Assembly (NCBI GenBank): GCA_963976765.1
Contig: CAXBME010000017.1
Span: 1 to 64,000 of the forward strand
Length of the DNA: 64,000 nt
Direction: 5' to 3'
Origin: an uncultured Planctomycetaceae bacterium
GTDB lineage: Bacteria; Planctomycetota; Planctomycetia; Planctomycetales; Planctomycetaceae
Position numbers and translations under genes: made by a program. This document shows, in pieces, positions 40,478-49,468 of this stretch. The notes under the pieces were generated by a model. It did not search any database and was not told the DNA's origin. It saw only the letters and a list, made by a program, of their open reading frames with translations. Position 1 is the first letter of the stretch, and the number at the start of each line of letters is the position of its first letter.

Positions 40478-43384
40478 TCAGTAGTACTGTCGGATGTAGC
40501 CGTAGGCGCGGTCGAAGAGTTCCTGGTCTTTGTGCAGGTGATACTTCAGCAGCGTTTTGCGGAGGGCTTTCTGAACTTCGCGTTCGCCGGCCGAGGTGTT
40601 TTGCCAGCCGGGGAAGCGGACCATGCGGACGATTTCGTCGATGTCGTTGACGATGCGTTCCACGATGACCGGCGTGTCCTCGTTCTTCAGCTCGGTGAAG
40701 AGTTCTGTCAGGGCGGATTTCGCCTGATTCTGATCTTCTTCCGGGGTGACCTTCTGCTCGGCTTCGACGAGGTCCCTGGCGACTTCGAGCAACTGCTTGA
40801 GGAATTCCTTGCTGTCGATGAGCCCTTGCTGGTGCTTCTCCCTGATCTTCTCCAACCGGTCTCCGAGGGCGACGAACTTCGGCTTTTTCCCGTGCTTCCG
40901 CAGGCGGGCGATGAGCTGGATAGTCAGCTTCTTGCCTTTCTTGTCGGGATCGGGCGCTCCGAGCACGCTTTCCAGCACTTCAGCGTCCATCACCAGCGTC
41001 TCGATGTCGTCTTCGACGGTGTCGAGGTGTGTGTTCTGATGGATCAGTTCGATGGTCTTTGCTCCGAGCACGTGCCACAGCAGCTTGCCGTTGCCGCTGG
41101 GCGGTTTGACGGATTCGTAGACCTGAGTCAGCCAGCGATAGTCGGTCTCGTACAACGACAGGCACGGGTCTGGTGACAGGGCTTCCCAGATGCGACCCAG
41201 CACTGAGTATTCAGCGGCGAACTTGTCCCGCGTCTCGTTGTTGGGCAGACAGTCCTGAGCGGCGATCAGGCCTTCGTAGCCGCCGACCGTCCGATCGACG
41301 TTCGGGAAGAACGTCAGGCATTTGGCAACCTGCTTGGGCAGTTCCTTCTTGGTCTCGTCCAGATTGGTGATGACCTGCTGGACGGCCTTTTCGTCAAAGT
41401 CGAGTGCCTGCGCGACGTCGTCGAAGATGCCGATGTAGTCGACGATCAAACCGTGAGACTTCTGCGGGTACGGGCGGTTTGTGCGGCAGATCGCCTGCAG
41501 CAGGTTGTGATCCCGCATGGGCTTGTCGAGATACATGACCTGCAGGATCGGAGCGTCGAAGCCGGTCAGCAGTTTGGACGTGACGATCAGATACTTCAGC
41601 GGGTCTGTGGGATCGCGGAAGCGGTCGAGCAGCTTTTCTTCCTCGTCACGACCGACTGAATGTGCCTTCCATTCGTCGGGATCGGTCTGTGTGGTGTGCA
41701 TGACGATGGCGCTGCAGTCGGGGTCGCCGGTGATATCGTCCAGCGCGACCTTGTAACGCACGCAGCACTCTCGATCGAAGGTCACCACCTGAGCCTTGAA
41801 TCCGTTCGGCTCGACCTTGGTCTGGTAGTGATCAACGATGTGTTCGACCACGCCACGCACGCGATCGGGAGACTTCACCAGCACGGCCATCTTGGCGGCT
41901 CGTTTGGCGAGGTCGTCGCGGTCCTGTTCGCTCAGGTTGCCAGTGACCTGCTTGTAGGCTTCGTCGATGGCAGCCTTGTCGATCTTCAGTCTGATTTCGG
42001 GCGACTCGAAGTGCAGCGGCAGCGTGGCCTTGTCGCGGATCGATTCCTGAAACGTGTAGCGGCTGAGGTAGCCTTTTTCGTCTTCGTCGGCACCAAACGC
42101 CCAGAACGTATTCTTGTCGGCGCGGTTGATCGGTGTGCCGGTCAGGCCGAACAGGAATGCACTCGGCAGTGCCTCGCGCATCTTGCGGCCGAGGTCGCCT
42201 TCCTGCGTGCGGTGAGCCTCGTCGACCATCACAATGACGTTCTTCCGGTCGTTCAGCACTCCGTCCGCTTCGCCGAACTTGTGGATGGTCGTGATGATCA
42301 CCTTGCGGGCGTCCTGAGACAGCAGCGTCTGCAGTTCGTCCCGGCTGTCGGCTTTGACCATGTTCGGCACGTCGGCCGCGTTGAACGTGGCGGTGATCTG
42401 TGTGTCGAGGTCGATGCGGTCGACGACGATCAGCACGGTGGGATTGCCCAGCTCCGGGTGCATGCGCAGCTTCTGAGCCGTGAAGACCATCAGCAGCGAC
42501 TTACCTGAGCCCTGAAAATGCCAGATCAGTCCTTTCCTGATCTGCCCCTGCACCACGCGCTGGACGATCAGGTTGGTGCCTTCGTACTGCTGGTAGCGGC
42601 AGATGATCTTGATGCGGCGATGCTTCTTGTCGGTCGCGAAGATCGTGAAGTTCTGCAGGATGTCGAGCACGACTTCCGGACGGAACAGGCTCGCGACGGT
42701 CTTCTGCACGTCGGCCAGCGAGCCTTCCTGTTTGTTGTCGGCGTCGCGCCACGGTCCCCAGATGTCGATCGGCATGCGGACCGAGCCGTAGCGGAACGCT
42801 TTGCCTTCGGTGGCGAAGCTGAAGGCATTCGGCACGAACATGGCCGGGATGCTCTGTTCGTAGTCGTCGTGAATCTGGCTGGCTCCGTCGACCCACGTGA
42901 CCGCCGGGCGGACGGGTGTTTTGGCTTCGCCGATCACGATCGGCAGCCCGTTGACCAGCAGGACGACGTCGAACCGCTTTTCGAGCTGGCCGACCTTGTA
43001 CGTCCACTGATTGCAGACGATCAGCTCGTTGGCGGTCGGGTCGTCGAAGTCGATGAGTCGAACGGTGGTGTGTTCGCCGTTCGGGCCGAAGGGCATGGTT
43101 TTGTCGCCGCGAATCCACTCGGCCAGTGCTTCGTTGGAGCGGACCAGTCCGTCGTTCTGGACGGCCAGCAGGATGGCCCGCAGTTTGTAGATGACCTCAT
43201 CGGCGCGGTCCGGCTGTTCGGCGATCTCCGGGTTGAGCTCGATGAGTGCTTTGCGCAGCGACGATTCGACGAAGACGTCGGAGAGCTGCCGATCGAGCAG
43301 CGGCCCGGCGACGTAATTCCACCCGGCGCTTTCGACGCCGTCGAGAATCATCTGCTCGACCGTGTTGGCTTCATTGAATGTCAT
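40478..43384 (-). CDS. hsdR: type I restriction endonuclease R subunit
   Basis: D-x-GEAK nuclease, WHFQGSGKS, VDEAHR, LTGTP, LLTGFDAP, QAICRTNR. Confidence 0.96.
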   Translation of the reverse strand: MTFNEANTVEQMILDGVESAGWNYVAGPLLDRQLSDVFVESSLRKALIELNPEIAEQPDRADEVIYKLRAILLAVQNDGLVRSNEALAEWIRGDKTMPFGPNGEHTTVRLIDFDDPTANELIVCNQWTYKVGQLEKRFDVVLLVNGLPIVIGEAKTPVRPAVTWVDGASQIHDDYEQSIPAMFVPNAFSFATEGKAFRYGSVRMPIDIWGPWRDADNKQEGSLADVQKTVASLFRPEVVLDILQNFTIFATDKKHRRIKIICRYQQYEGTNLIVQRVVQGQIRKGLIWHFQGSGKSLLMVFTAQKLRMHPELGNPTVLIVVDRIDLDTQITATFNAADVPNMVKADSRDELQTLLSQDARKVIITTIHKFGEADGVLNDRKNVIVMVDEAHRTQEGDLGRKMREALPSAFLFGLTGTPINRADKNTFWAFGADEDEKGYLSRYTFQESIRDKATLPLHFESPEIRLKIDKAAIDEAYKQVTGNLSEQDRDDLAKRAAKMAVLVKSPDRVRGVVEHIVDHYQTKVEPNGFKAQVVTFDRECCVRYKVALDDITGDPDCSAIVMHTTQTDPDEWKAHSVGRDEEEKLLDRFRDPTDPLKYLIVTSKLLTGFDAPILQVMYLDKPMRDHNLLQAICRTNRPYPQKSHGLIVDYIGIFDDVAQALDFDEKAVQQVITNLDETKKELPKQVAKCLTFFPNVDRTVGGYEGLIAAQDCLPNNETRDKFAAEYSVLGRIWEALSPDPCLSLYETDYRWLTQVYESVKPPSGNGKLLWHVLGAKTIELIHQNTHLDTVEDDIETLVMDAEVLESVLGAPDPDKKGKKLTIQLIARLRKHGKKPKFVALGDRLEKIREKHQQGLIDSKEFLKQLLEVARDLVEAEQKVTPEEDQNQAKSALTELFTELKNEDTPVIVERIVNDIDEIVRMVRFPGWQNTSAGEREVQKALRKTLLKYHLHKDQELFDRAYGYIRQYY

Positions 43385-43386
43385 GG
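43300..43386. repeat. 87-bp direct repeat copy 1 (5' end of intact hsdR)
   Basis: Matches 45193-45279 with one mismatch. Confidence 0.93.
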
Positions 43387-44034
43387 GCTCGTACCCGTTG
43401 ATCTATACGCCTCTGCGGACGACACACGTTCTATTTCATTCTTAAATTGCCGCAATAAATTAATCACATCGTCAATCAAGTTGCGGCATGGGTCTGCGTC
43501 CAAGTCCAAATACTCGCCATGAGCGATGCGATTGCGGCGAGCGAGTAGTGCTTCGTCGATTTGGTTGTACCGAGACACGAAGTCCGAGGTTCCGATGCCA
43601 ATCGTGACGGCTATGTTTTCGAACACTTCGGAATTCAAATTTGCCTTCGTCTTCACGTGTCCGGGGAGTCTAAGGTAGGCTCGATCAGCAAGATCGTTGC
43701 GAAAGAATTGGACGGCTCCCACCGCAGCTGCAGCCGAACTATCGGAATTCAAGCTTGCAACGTGACGCTTCGCGCCGATGACAATGAAACAATCTGCCAA
43801 CTGATCGAATCGCAAACGCTGGTTCGAAACAAACTCGATGTAATCCTCGGCGGCCCGTTTCACAAACCCTTCCCAATGCGCATAGGCCAAGCAGATTCCT
43901 GACCGTATTGCAGTCTTCTGTGCTACGGTGGCATGGGTGCGGACCAGCTTCTTCAGATTGTCCAATTCTTTCAGACGCCAAGCGAACTCGTCGTCGAGGC
44001 GGTCTTGCAGATGATTGAGTGTCCGAATCTTCAT
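43381..44034 (-). CDS. HEPN-like nuclease (MAE_28990/MAE_18760 type)
   Basis: YAHWEGFVK, TKANL, RNRIAH R-x4-H motif. Confidence 0.8.
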   Translation of the reverse strand: MKIRTLNHLQDRLDDEFAWRLKELDNLKKLVRTHATVAQKTAIRSGICLAYAHWEGFVKRAAEDYIEFVSNQRLRFDQLADCFIVIGAKRHVASLNSDSSAAAAVGAVQFFRNDLADRAYLRLPGHVKTKANLNSEVFENIAVTIGIGTSDFVSRYNQIDEALLARRNRIAHGEYLDLDADPCRNLIDDVINLLRQFKNEIERVSSAEAYRSTGTSP

Positions 44035-45134
44035 TTTGGGTTCAAGAACTCCATCGAGAAGGGCAACAGCTTGTCTAAGCGAGTCGTTCCGCGAATGCCT
44101 GCGCCGGAGTACTTATTGAAAGTGCTCTCTGACCAGAGTGCTTTGGCCTTCTCGAGTATGAATTCTTCCGAGTTGTTCATCGCTTCAATTTCTTCGAGAT
44201 GGTGGGAGAGGCCACACCCCAGCGATTCGTACACGGACATCAGGAACTTGCCCGAAAACTCGGTACCATTCCATCGCTTGAAAGCGTTGGTGCCGAGCGC
44301 GGCATCCAGCAAACTAAAGGCTCTTTCGAAGCGATCCGTCTCGTCATCCCAATCAACGCCATCCAACTCTGCGAGTCGGATCAGTGCGTCGTCGAGGTAC
44401 TCATGGACGTCCATCTTGTTGTCATACGGCACCAGCCTGAATGCTAAGAATCGAAGCACCAACTCAACGGCTGCCTGCTTCTCTAATGCAGTATCAGTCT
44501 GGCACACAGTTTTCAAGAAAGGACCAAACTTCGCTCGCTTGGTTAGCCAGTCGTTGAAGTCTTTGTTGATCATCACCGCGACACAGTTTCGCACCTCCTG
44601 CGGCGATAGTGAGGCACCGCCTGTGTTTAGCCGTTGGAATAGCTCGAACTTGGCGTTCGGGTCACTTTCCTGTTTTAGAATTTCGACTCTTATCCTCGCA
44701 CGTTTGATCGCAATCTGGTTGTTGCGACCGATCGAACTCTCTTTCTCCTTGAGGCTCCAGACTTTGTCTTGCAGGCTGGGAACGAGTTTTGTCCCCGTCA
44801 GCATCGATGGATGCCACGTTTTTGATTCATCATCGACATCGCGAAGCTGGCCGACGAATTCCAAAATCGTTGAAAGTCGTTGGAGGCCATCAATCAGCTC
44901 CCACACACCGTCGTCGTCTTGATAGACGAAGATCGGCGGGATTGGGATGCCCAGCAGAAGCGACTCAATAAACCTGGACTTTCGGGTCAAATCCCAGCGA
45001 AAAAGTCGTTGAAAGGCTGGGTTAATACGAATCTCTTCGTCTTTATAGAGGTTGATTACTTCCCCTACGGACATTTCGTAGCCATCGGTCGCGATTGTCT
45101 TACGTGCCTTGTCGATTTCGGCATTGAGTGTCAT
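44031..45134 (-). CDS. DUF262 (ParB/Srx-fold, GmrS-like) protein
   Basis: PAFQR, ESLLLGIPIP, IDGLQR, FQRLN. Confidence 0.9.
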   Translation of the reverse strand: MTLNAEIDKARKTIATDGYEMSVGEVINLYKDEEIRINPAFQRLFRWDLTRKSRFIESLLLGIPIPPIFVYQDDDGVWELIDGLQRLSTILEFVGQLRDVDDESKTWHPSMLTGTKLVPSLQDKVWSLKEKESSIGRNNQIAIKRARIRVEILKQESDPNAKFELFQRLNTGGASLSPQEVRNCVAVMINKDFNDWLTKRAKFGPFLKTVCQTDTALEKQAAVELVLRFLAFRLVPYDNKMDVHEYLDDALIRLAELDGVDWDDETDRFERAFSLLDAALGTNAFKRWNGTEFSGKFLMSVYESLGCGLSHHLEEIEAMNNSEEFILEKAKALWSESTFNKYSGAGIRGTTRLDKLLPFSMEFLNPK

Positions 45135-45139
45135 CTGTG

Positions 45140-45277
45140 TTATCTACCTTCCGTTGATAGTGACTCGGCAATCGCGATCGCGTGGTGCGTGTGCGGCCCG
45201 GCGACGTAATTCCACCCGGCGCTTTCGACGCCGTCGAGAATCATCTGCTCGACCGTGTTGGCTTCATTGAACGTCAT
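45140..45277 (-). pseudogene. truncated duplicate of the hsdR 5' end (45-aa mini-ORF)
   Basis: First 28 codons identical in protein to HsdR, then HTHHAIAIAESLSTEGR*; overlaps the hsdS stop. Confidence 0.85.
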
Positions 45278-45279
45278 GG
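45193..45279. repeat. 87-bp direct repeat copy 2
   Basis: Matches 43300-43386. Confidence 0.93.
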
Positions 45280-46530
45280 CTGCAGTCCCTTCACGAAGTG
45301 CTCCCGAAGCTGCTTGCTCAGTTCAATCAGTGAATCCCGATTCCTCGCCGCCGTTGTCCGACGGGAATCAACCGCGGCCACGCGGGAAGCGACTCGCTTT
45401 TGCACTGAAATTGGTGGAATTCGGAGTGGGAGTTTCCGCTGCGCGGTAATGCCGACGTACGCCCGAGTTGACTGCGCTGACCAACGCTGCAGCGGGAGTT
45501 GAAAAGTTTCCGCCTGCATCGAGTAGTAAAGGAATTGCCGATCCAACCGTGTGGAATCGAGCACGCGGTAATACGTCACCTGAGGCGTGAGCATGATGTA
45601 TTCGGTCGAGATATCCGGAACGATGGCGACCTCGCCAACAGTACCCTTGTGGGTTAAGAGAATGTCATCTGGTTTGGCAAAGCCAATCCGCAAAGTGTCA
45701 GCAAGTTCTTTGGAAATGAAGCGACATGTCTCCAAGTCAATCGTTTGCTCACGGACATTGTTAGCCATGATGAATGGGATTCCGTGGTCAGTGAAATCTG
45801 CCGCTTTAGGATGAGACTCACCGTGGTTCCCGTCTTGCGGTGGCGCGATTCGGCCATCCGAAACCAACTCTTCAATTGTGGACTCGGCCCAATCTAAATC
45901 TGCTGGCTCACGTGGTTGAACAAGCTGATTGATCAACGATGACCGGAGCATCTCAAGTGCGGCGAGTACGTGTGTCGCTTCAGTAATAGCGTGATCCGCA
46001 GCAAGCAACATTTTTGCCGCGGAACGCTGGTGATCATCTGGCCCCAACACAAACTCGAATGACTGTAATTGACTCCAACGTGTTCTCGGTGAAAGCGATC
46101 CCGATGACGTATCAAGCGCATGATCGAAGAACGCATCGGACTGTACGATAAACGGCAGCAGTTCCGAGATCAGCGAATCGTCTTTCGGCTCGAACGTGAG
46201 AATGTCGCTCGAACAAATCCCGTCGAACTCTGCGACAGCGACCTTGCGCTGATATGCCCGCCGTTTGCCGAACAGCACCTGTCCTTTCCGGAACCGCTTC
46301 GTGAACGACACCTCGTCGGTTGTCAGGTCGCCCCACTGCTTGAGATGCAGATTCTCCGGCTCAATGTGTTCCAGTCCGACGTAGCGTTCCAAACCGGCCT
46401 CGATCGGATTGCGTTCGCTCTCTTTGACGTCGCGCACGACGTCGCCGAACTTCACCATCCGCCAGCCTTTCGGAAGCTGGCCGTTGCCGGCTTTGGAATC
46501 GTTCGCGGGTGTGGCTTTTTTGCGGGGCAT
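45274..46530 (-). CDS. hsdS: type I R-M specificity subunit
   Basis: LPKGW, two TRD-like halves with helical spacers, IPPISVQ. Confidence 0.92.
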   Translation of the reverse strand: MPRKKATPANDSKAGNGQLPKGWRMVKFGDVVRDVKESERNPIEAGLERYVGLEHIEPENLHLKQWGDLTTDEVSFTKRFRKGQVLFGKRRAYQRKVAVAEFDGICSSDILTFEPKDDSLISELLPFIVQSDAFFDHALDTSSGSLSPRTRWSQLQSFEFVLGPDDHQRSAAKMLLAADHAITEATHVLAALEMLRSSLINQLVQPREPADLDWAESTIEELVSDGRIAPPQDGNHGESHPKAADFTDHGIPFIMANNVREQTIDLETCRFISKELADTLRIGFAKPDDILLTHKGTVGEVAIVPDISTEYIMLTPQVTYYRVLDSTRLDRQFLYYSMQAETFQLPLQRWSAQSTRAYVGITAQRKLPLRIPPISVQKRVASRVAAVDSRRTTAARNRDSLIELSKQLREHFVKGLQP

Positions 46531-47726
46531 CAGGACGCGGGCTCCTCGGTCGTCGCTTCCAGCCGGGAGCGGGCGGTGCGCACGGCTTCGTGCAGTTTCT
46601 GTTTGAGCAGTTCGCGCGGCGGCAGATCGGTCAGGTAGGCCGAGACGTGGATGCCGCCCTCGTCCAGACGCAGCAGCTCAATCTGCTCGTCCGCTTTGTC
46701 GGCACACAGAATCAGCCCCAGCGGCGACTGCTCGCCGGGCTGCTGTTCGTGACGCTCCAGCCACCGCAGATACAGCTCCATCTGCCCCTTGTACGCCGCC
46801 TTGAACCGGCCGAGTTTCAGTTCGATCGCAATCAGCCGGCCCAGCCGACGATGGTAGAACAGCAGATCGAGCGCGTGGTCTTCGCCGTCGATCACCATCC
46901 GGTACTGCCGGCCCACGAACGCAAAGCCCTCGCCGAGTTCCAGAATGAAGGCTTCCAGCTCACGCAGGATGGCCGTTTCCAGATCACGCTCGCTGTACGT
47001 GTCCTTCAGGCCGAGGAAATCGAGGAAGTAGGGATCACGAAAGACCAGCTCGGGCGTCAGCCGGTCCTCGTCCCGCAGCGCTGCGACGTCCTGCTTCGCC
47101 AGCTTTTCCGGCTTCTTCGACAACGCCGTCCGCTCGAACAGCATGCCGTCAATCTTGCTCCGCAACGTGCGAACGCTCCACCGCTCGACACGGCACATCT
47201 CCGCGTAGAAGTCCCGCTGGAGTTCGTCTTTGAAGGGGATCAGCTCGACAAAGTGGCTCCAGCTCAATTGTCTCGACAGTGTCGAGACAATCTGGAAGTC
47301 GGGAAACTGCTCGGCGATACGGATCATCCGCGCCAGATTCTGCTTCGAGAATCCCCGGCCGAACTCCGGAACCAATTGTGCCGACAGTGTCGAGACAATC
47401 TGCTCGCCGTAATCGGCACGCTGCTCGTTCAGGATTTCCCGGTGAATCCGATCGCCGACTTTCCAGTACGTCATCGTCAGTGCCGCATTGACCGCCAAAG
47501 CGGTCTGCTGTCGAGCCTCGACGATCAGCTCCCGAACGTCAGCCAGTACCGCTTCTGAATTGTCGTGACAGTGATACGACAATTCAGCGTCGTCCTTCTT
47601 CAGAGCCCGTTTCGGGGCGGATTTCCCACCCGGCCGGCTCGCCTTGGCGGCTTTCTTCTTTGTCGGCTTCTTCGGTGCGGCCTTCTTCGCGGTCGCCCGC
47701 TTATTGACGGCTTTCTTCTTACCCAA
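46530..47726 (-). CDS. DUF1016/YhcG PD-(D/E)XK nuclease
   Basis: LSWSHF, WSVRTL, DPYFLDFL, ELGEGFAFVGRQ, DLLFYH, IELK; K/A-rich N-terminal tail. Confidence 0.92.
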   Translation of the reverse strand: MGKKKAVNKRATAKKAAPKKPTKKKAAKASRPGGKSAPKRALKKDDAELSYHCHDNSEAVLADVRELIVEARQQTALAVNAALTMTYWKVGDRIHREILNEQRADYGEQIVSTLSAQLVPEFGRGFSKQNLARMIRIAEQFPDFQIVSTLSRQLSWSHFVELIPFKDELQRDFYAEMCRVERWSVRTLRSKIDGMLFERTALSKKPEKLAKQDVAALRDEDRLTPELVFRDPYFLDFLGLKDTYSERDLETAILRELEAFILELGEGFAFVGRQYRMVIDGEDHALDLLFYHRRLGRLIAIELKLGRFKAAYKGQMELYLRWLERHEQQPGEQSPLGLILCADKADEQIELLRLDEGGIHVSAYLTDLPPRELLKQKLHEAVRTARSRLEATTEEPAS

Positions 47727-49221
47727 TGTCGGCCTCCTTCAGCGTGGCGAACAGGGCGTCCATCGATTGCCGCAGCTCCTGCGAACTCTCCTGCCAGCTC
47801 GTGATCGCCTCGCTCAGCGACGGACCGTCCTCGCCGTTGCCGTTTCCGCCAGCCGACTCAGCCCGGACGTACAGCGGGATGCTCAGGTTGTGGTCCTGCT
47901 CGCGGATTTCCTCCAGCGACACCAGCCGCGAAAAGCCGTCCTGATCGTCATTGTTCTTGTACGCCAACACGATCCGCTGAAGATGGTCGTCAGTCAGGAA
48001 ACTCTGAGCCCGCTCGCGAGTGACTTCGCCCACCGCGTTAATGAACTGAATTTTGCCCTTGCGCCCGCGCGGCTTCTTCATCCGGCAAATCACGACGCAG
48101 GCTTCCATCGGCGAGTTGTAAAACAGGTTCGGTCCCAGCCCGAGCACGCAGTCGACCACGTCATGCTCGACCAGCTTCCGCCGCATCTCGGCTTCTTCGT
48201 TGCGGAACAGCACGCCATGCGGGAACAGGATCGCACAGCGGCCGGACTTCGAGTTCAGGCTCTGGATGATGTGCTGCCAGAAGGCATAGTCGGCCCGGCC
48301 CTGCGGCGGCGTGCCGTAGAGGTTGCGCCCCCACGGATCAGCCTTGAACGCTTCCCGGTCCCACTGCTTGATCGAATACGGAGGATTGGCCACGCACACA
48401 TCAAACTGCTGCAGCTTGTCTCCCGTGACAAACTTCGGAGCAGCCAGTGTGTCACCGCGAATGATCTGGAAGTCTTCGATGCCGTGCAGGAAGCAGTTCA
48501 TCCGGGCGATGGACGACGTCATCAGGTTTCGTTCTTGCCCGAACAGCTTGACCGTCCGCCACTCCTTCTTCTGACTTTGCAGATGCGTCACCGCCGACAG
48601 CAGCATCCCGCCACTGCCGCACGTGGGATCGTAGATCGACTCGCCCGGCTTCGGTTGCAGCATCTCGGTCATCAGATGGACCACGGTGCGGTTGGTGTAG
48701 AACTCGGCCGCCGTGTGTCCTGAGTCATCCGCAAACTTCTTGATCAGGTACTCGTACCCAACACCAAGTTCATCTTCCGGACAGTTCGCGACTGACAACG
48801 TGAGAGAGCTGAAGTGCTCGATCAGTTCCTTAAGCGTGTGATCCGGCAACCGGTCCTTGTTGGTCCACTGCGCGTCACCAAAGATGCCATACAGCTTGTC
48901 CGGATTAGCCGTCTCGATGCCCCGCATGGCATCCTGAATCGACTTGCCCACGTTCTTGCTGACCTGTCGAATCCGACTCCAGTGAGCCTCCTCCGGAACC
49001 TGAAACCGATGGTTCTCAGCAAACAGCGCGTAGTCTTCGTCCCCGCCGGATTCCTCCAGCGCCAACGCGACCTCTTCGTCATAGACATCACACAGCCGCT
49101 TGTAGAACAGCAGCGGAAAGATGAACTGCTTGTAGTCCCCAGCGTCGATATACCCGCGCAGCAGGACAGCAGCCCCCCACAGGTAACTTTCGAGCTGGGA
49201 TTGGGTAATTCGGGTGGTCAC
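47719..49221 (-). CDS. hsdM: type I methyltransferase subunit, NPPY type
   Basis: DPTCGSGG, NPPY, PHGVLFR. Confidence 0.95.
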   Translation of the reverse strand: MTTRITQSQLESYLWGAAVLLRGYIDAGDYKQFIFPLLFYKRLCDVYDEEVALALEESGGDEDYALFAENHRFQVPEEAHWSRIRQVSKNVGKSIQDAMRGIETANPDKLYGIFGDAQWTNKDRLPDHTLKELIEHFSSLTLSVANCPEDELGVGYEYLIKKFADDSGHTAAEFYTNRTVVHLMTEMLQPKPGESIYDPTCGSGGMLLSAVTHLQSQKKEWRTVKLFGQERNLMTSSIARMNCFLHGIEDFQIIRGDTLAAPKFVTGDKLQQFDVCVANPPYSIKQWDREAFKADPWGRNLYGTPPQGRADYAFWQHIIQSLNSKSGRCAILFPHGVLFRNEEAEMRRKLVEHDVVDCVLGLGPNLFYNSPMEACVVICRMKKPRGRKGKIQFINAVGEVTRERAQSFLTDDHLQRIVLAYKNNDDQDGFSRLVSLEEIREQDHNLSIPLYVRAESAGGNGNGEDGPSLSEAITSWQESSQELRQSMDALFATLKEADIG

Positions 49222-49424
49222 TTAATCTCTTCTAGCTTCCAGGATTCGGCACCATCTCCATAATCGCTGAAAAGCACCGGCTTATGGTCTTTGCCGTCTT
49301 GCACGACGATAATTTCGCCACGTTTGGCCATCTCGGTGATTTCTTCGTCACCAAGCGGGTTCTTCGAATTTCCACGAAGAACGTCAAACCACACCTGGAA
49401 ATCAATTTTCTTCGGCTCTGCCAT
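49218..49424 (-). CDS. small hypothetical protein
   Basis: GAGGA RBS; abuts the hsdM start. Confidence 0.5.
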   Translation of the reverse strand: MAEPKKIDFQVWFDVLRGNSKNPLGDEEITEMAKRGEIIVVQDGKDHKPVLFSDYGDGAESWKLEEIK

Positions 49425-49468
49425 TAGGGCGGTCCTCAAGATTGAAGTTACTCGAATGTGCCAGTCGT

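Noticed and set aside
45274..46530. hsdS shufflon (phase-variable TRD inversion)
   Set aside because: Single hsdS, with no silent TRD copies, flanking inverted repeats or adjacent invertase seen.
47275..47402. 20-bp repeat GACAGTGTCGAGACAATCTG inside the DUF1016 gene
   Set aside because: It encodes the repeated QIVSTLS segment of the YhcG N-domain; only two coding copies.
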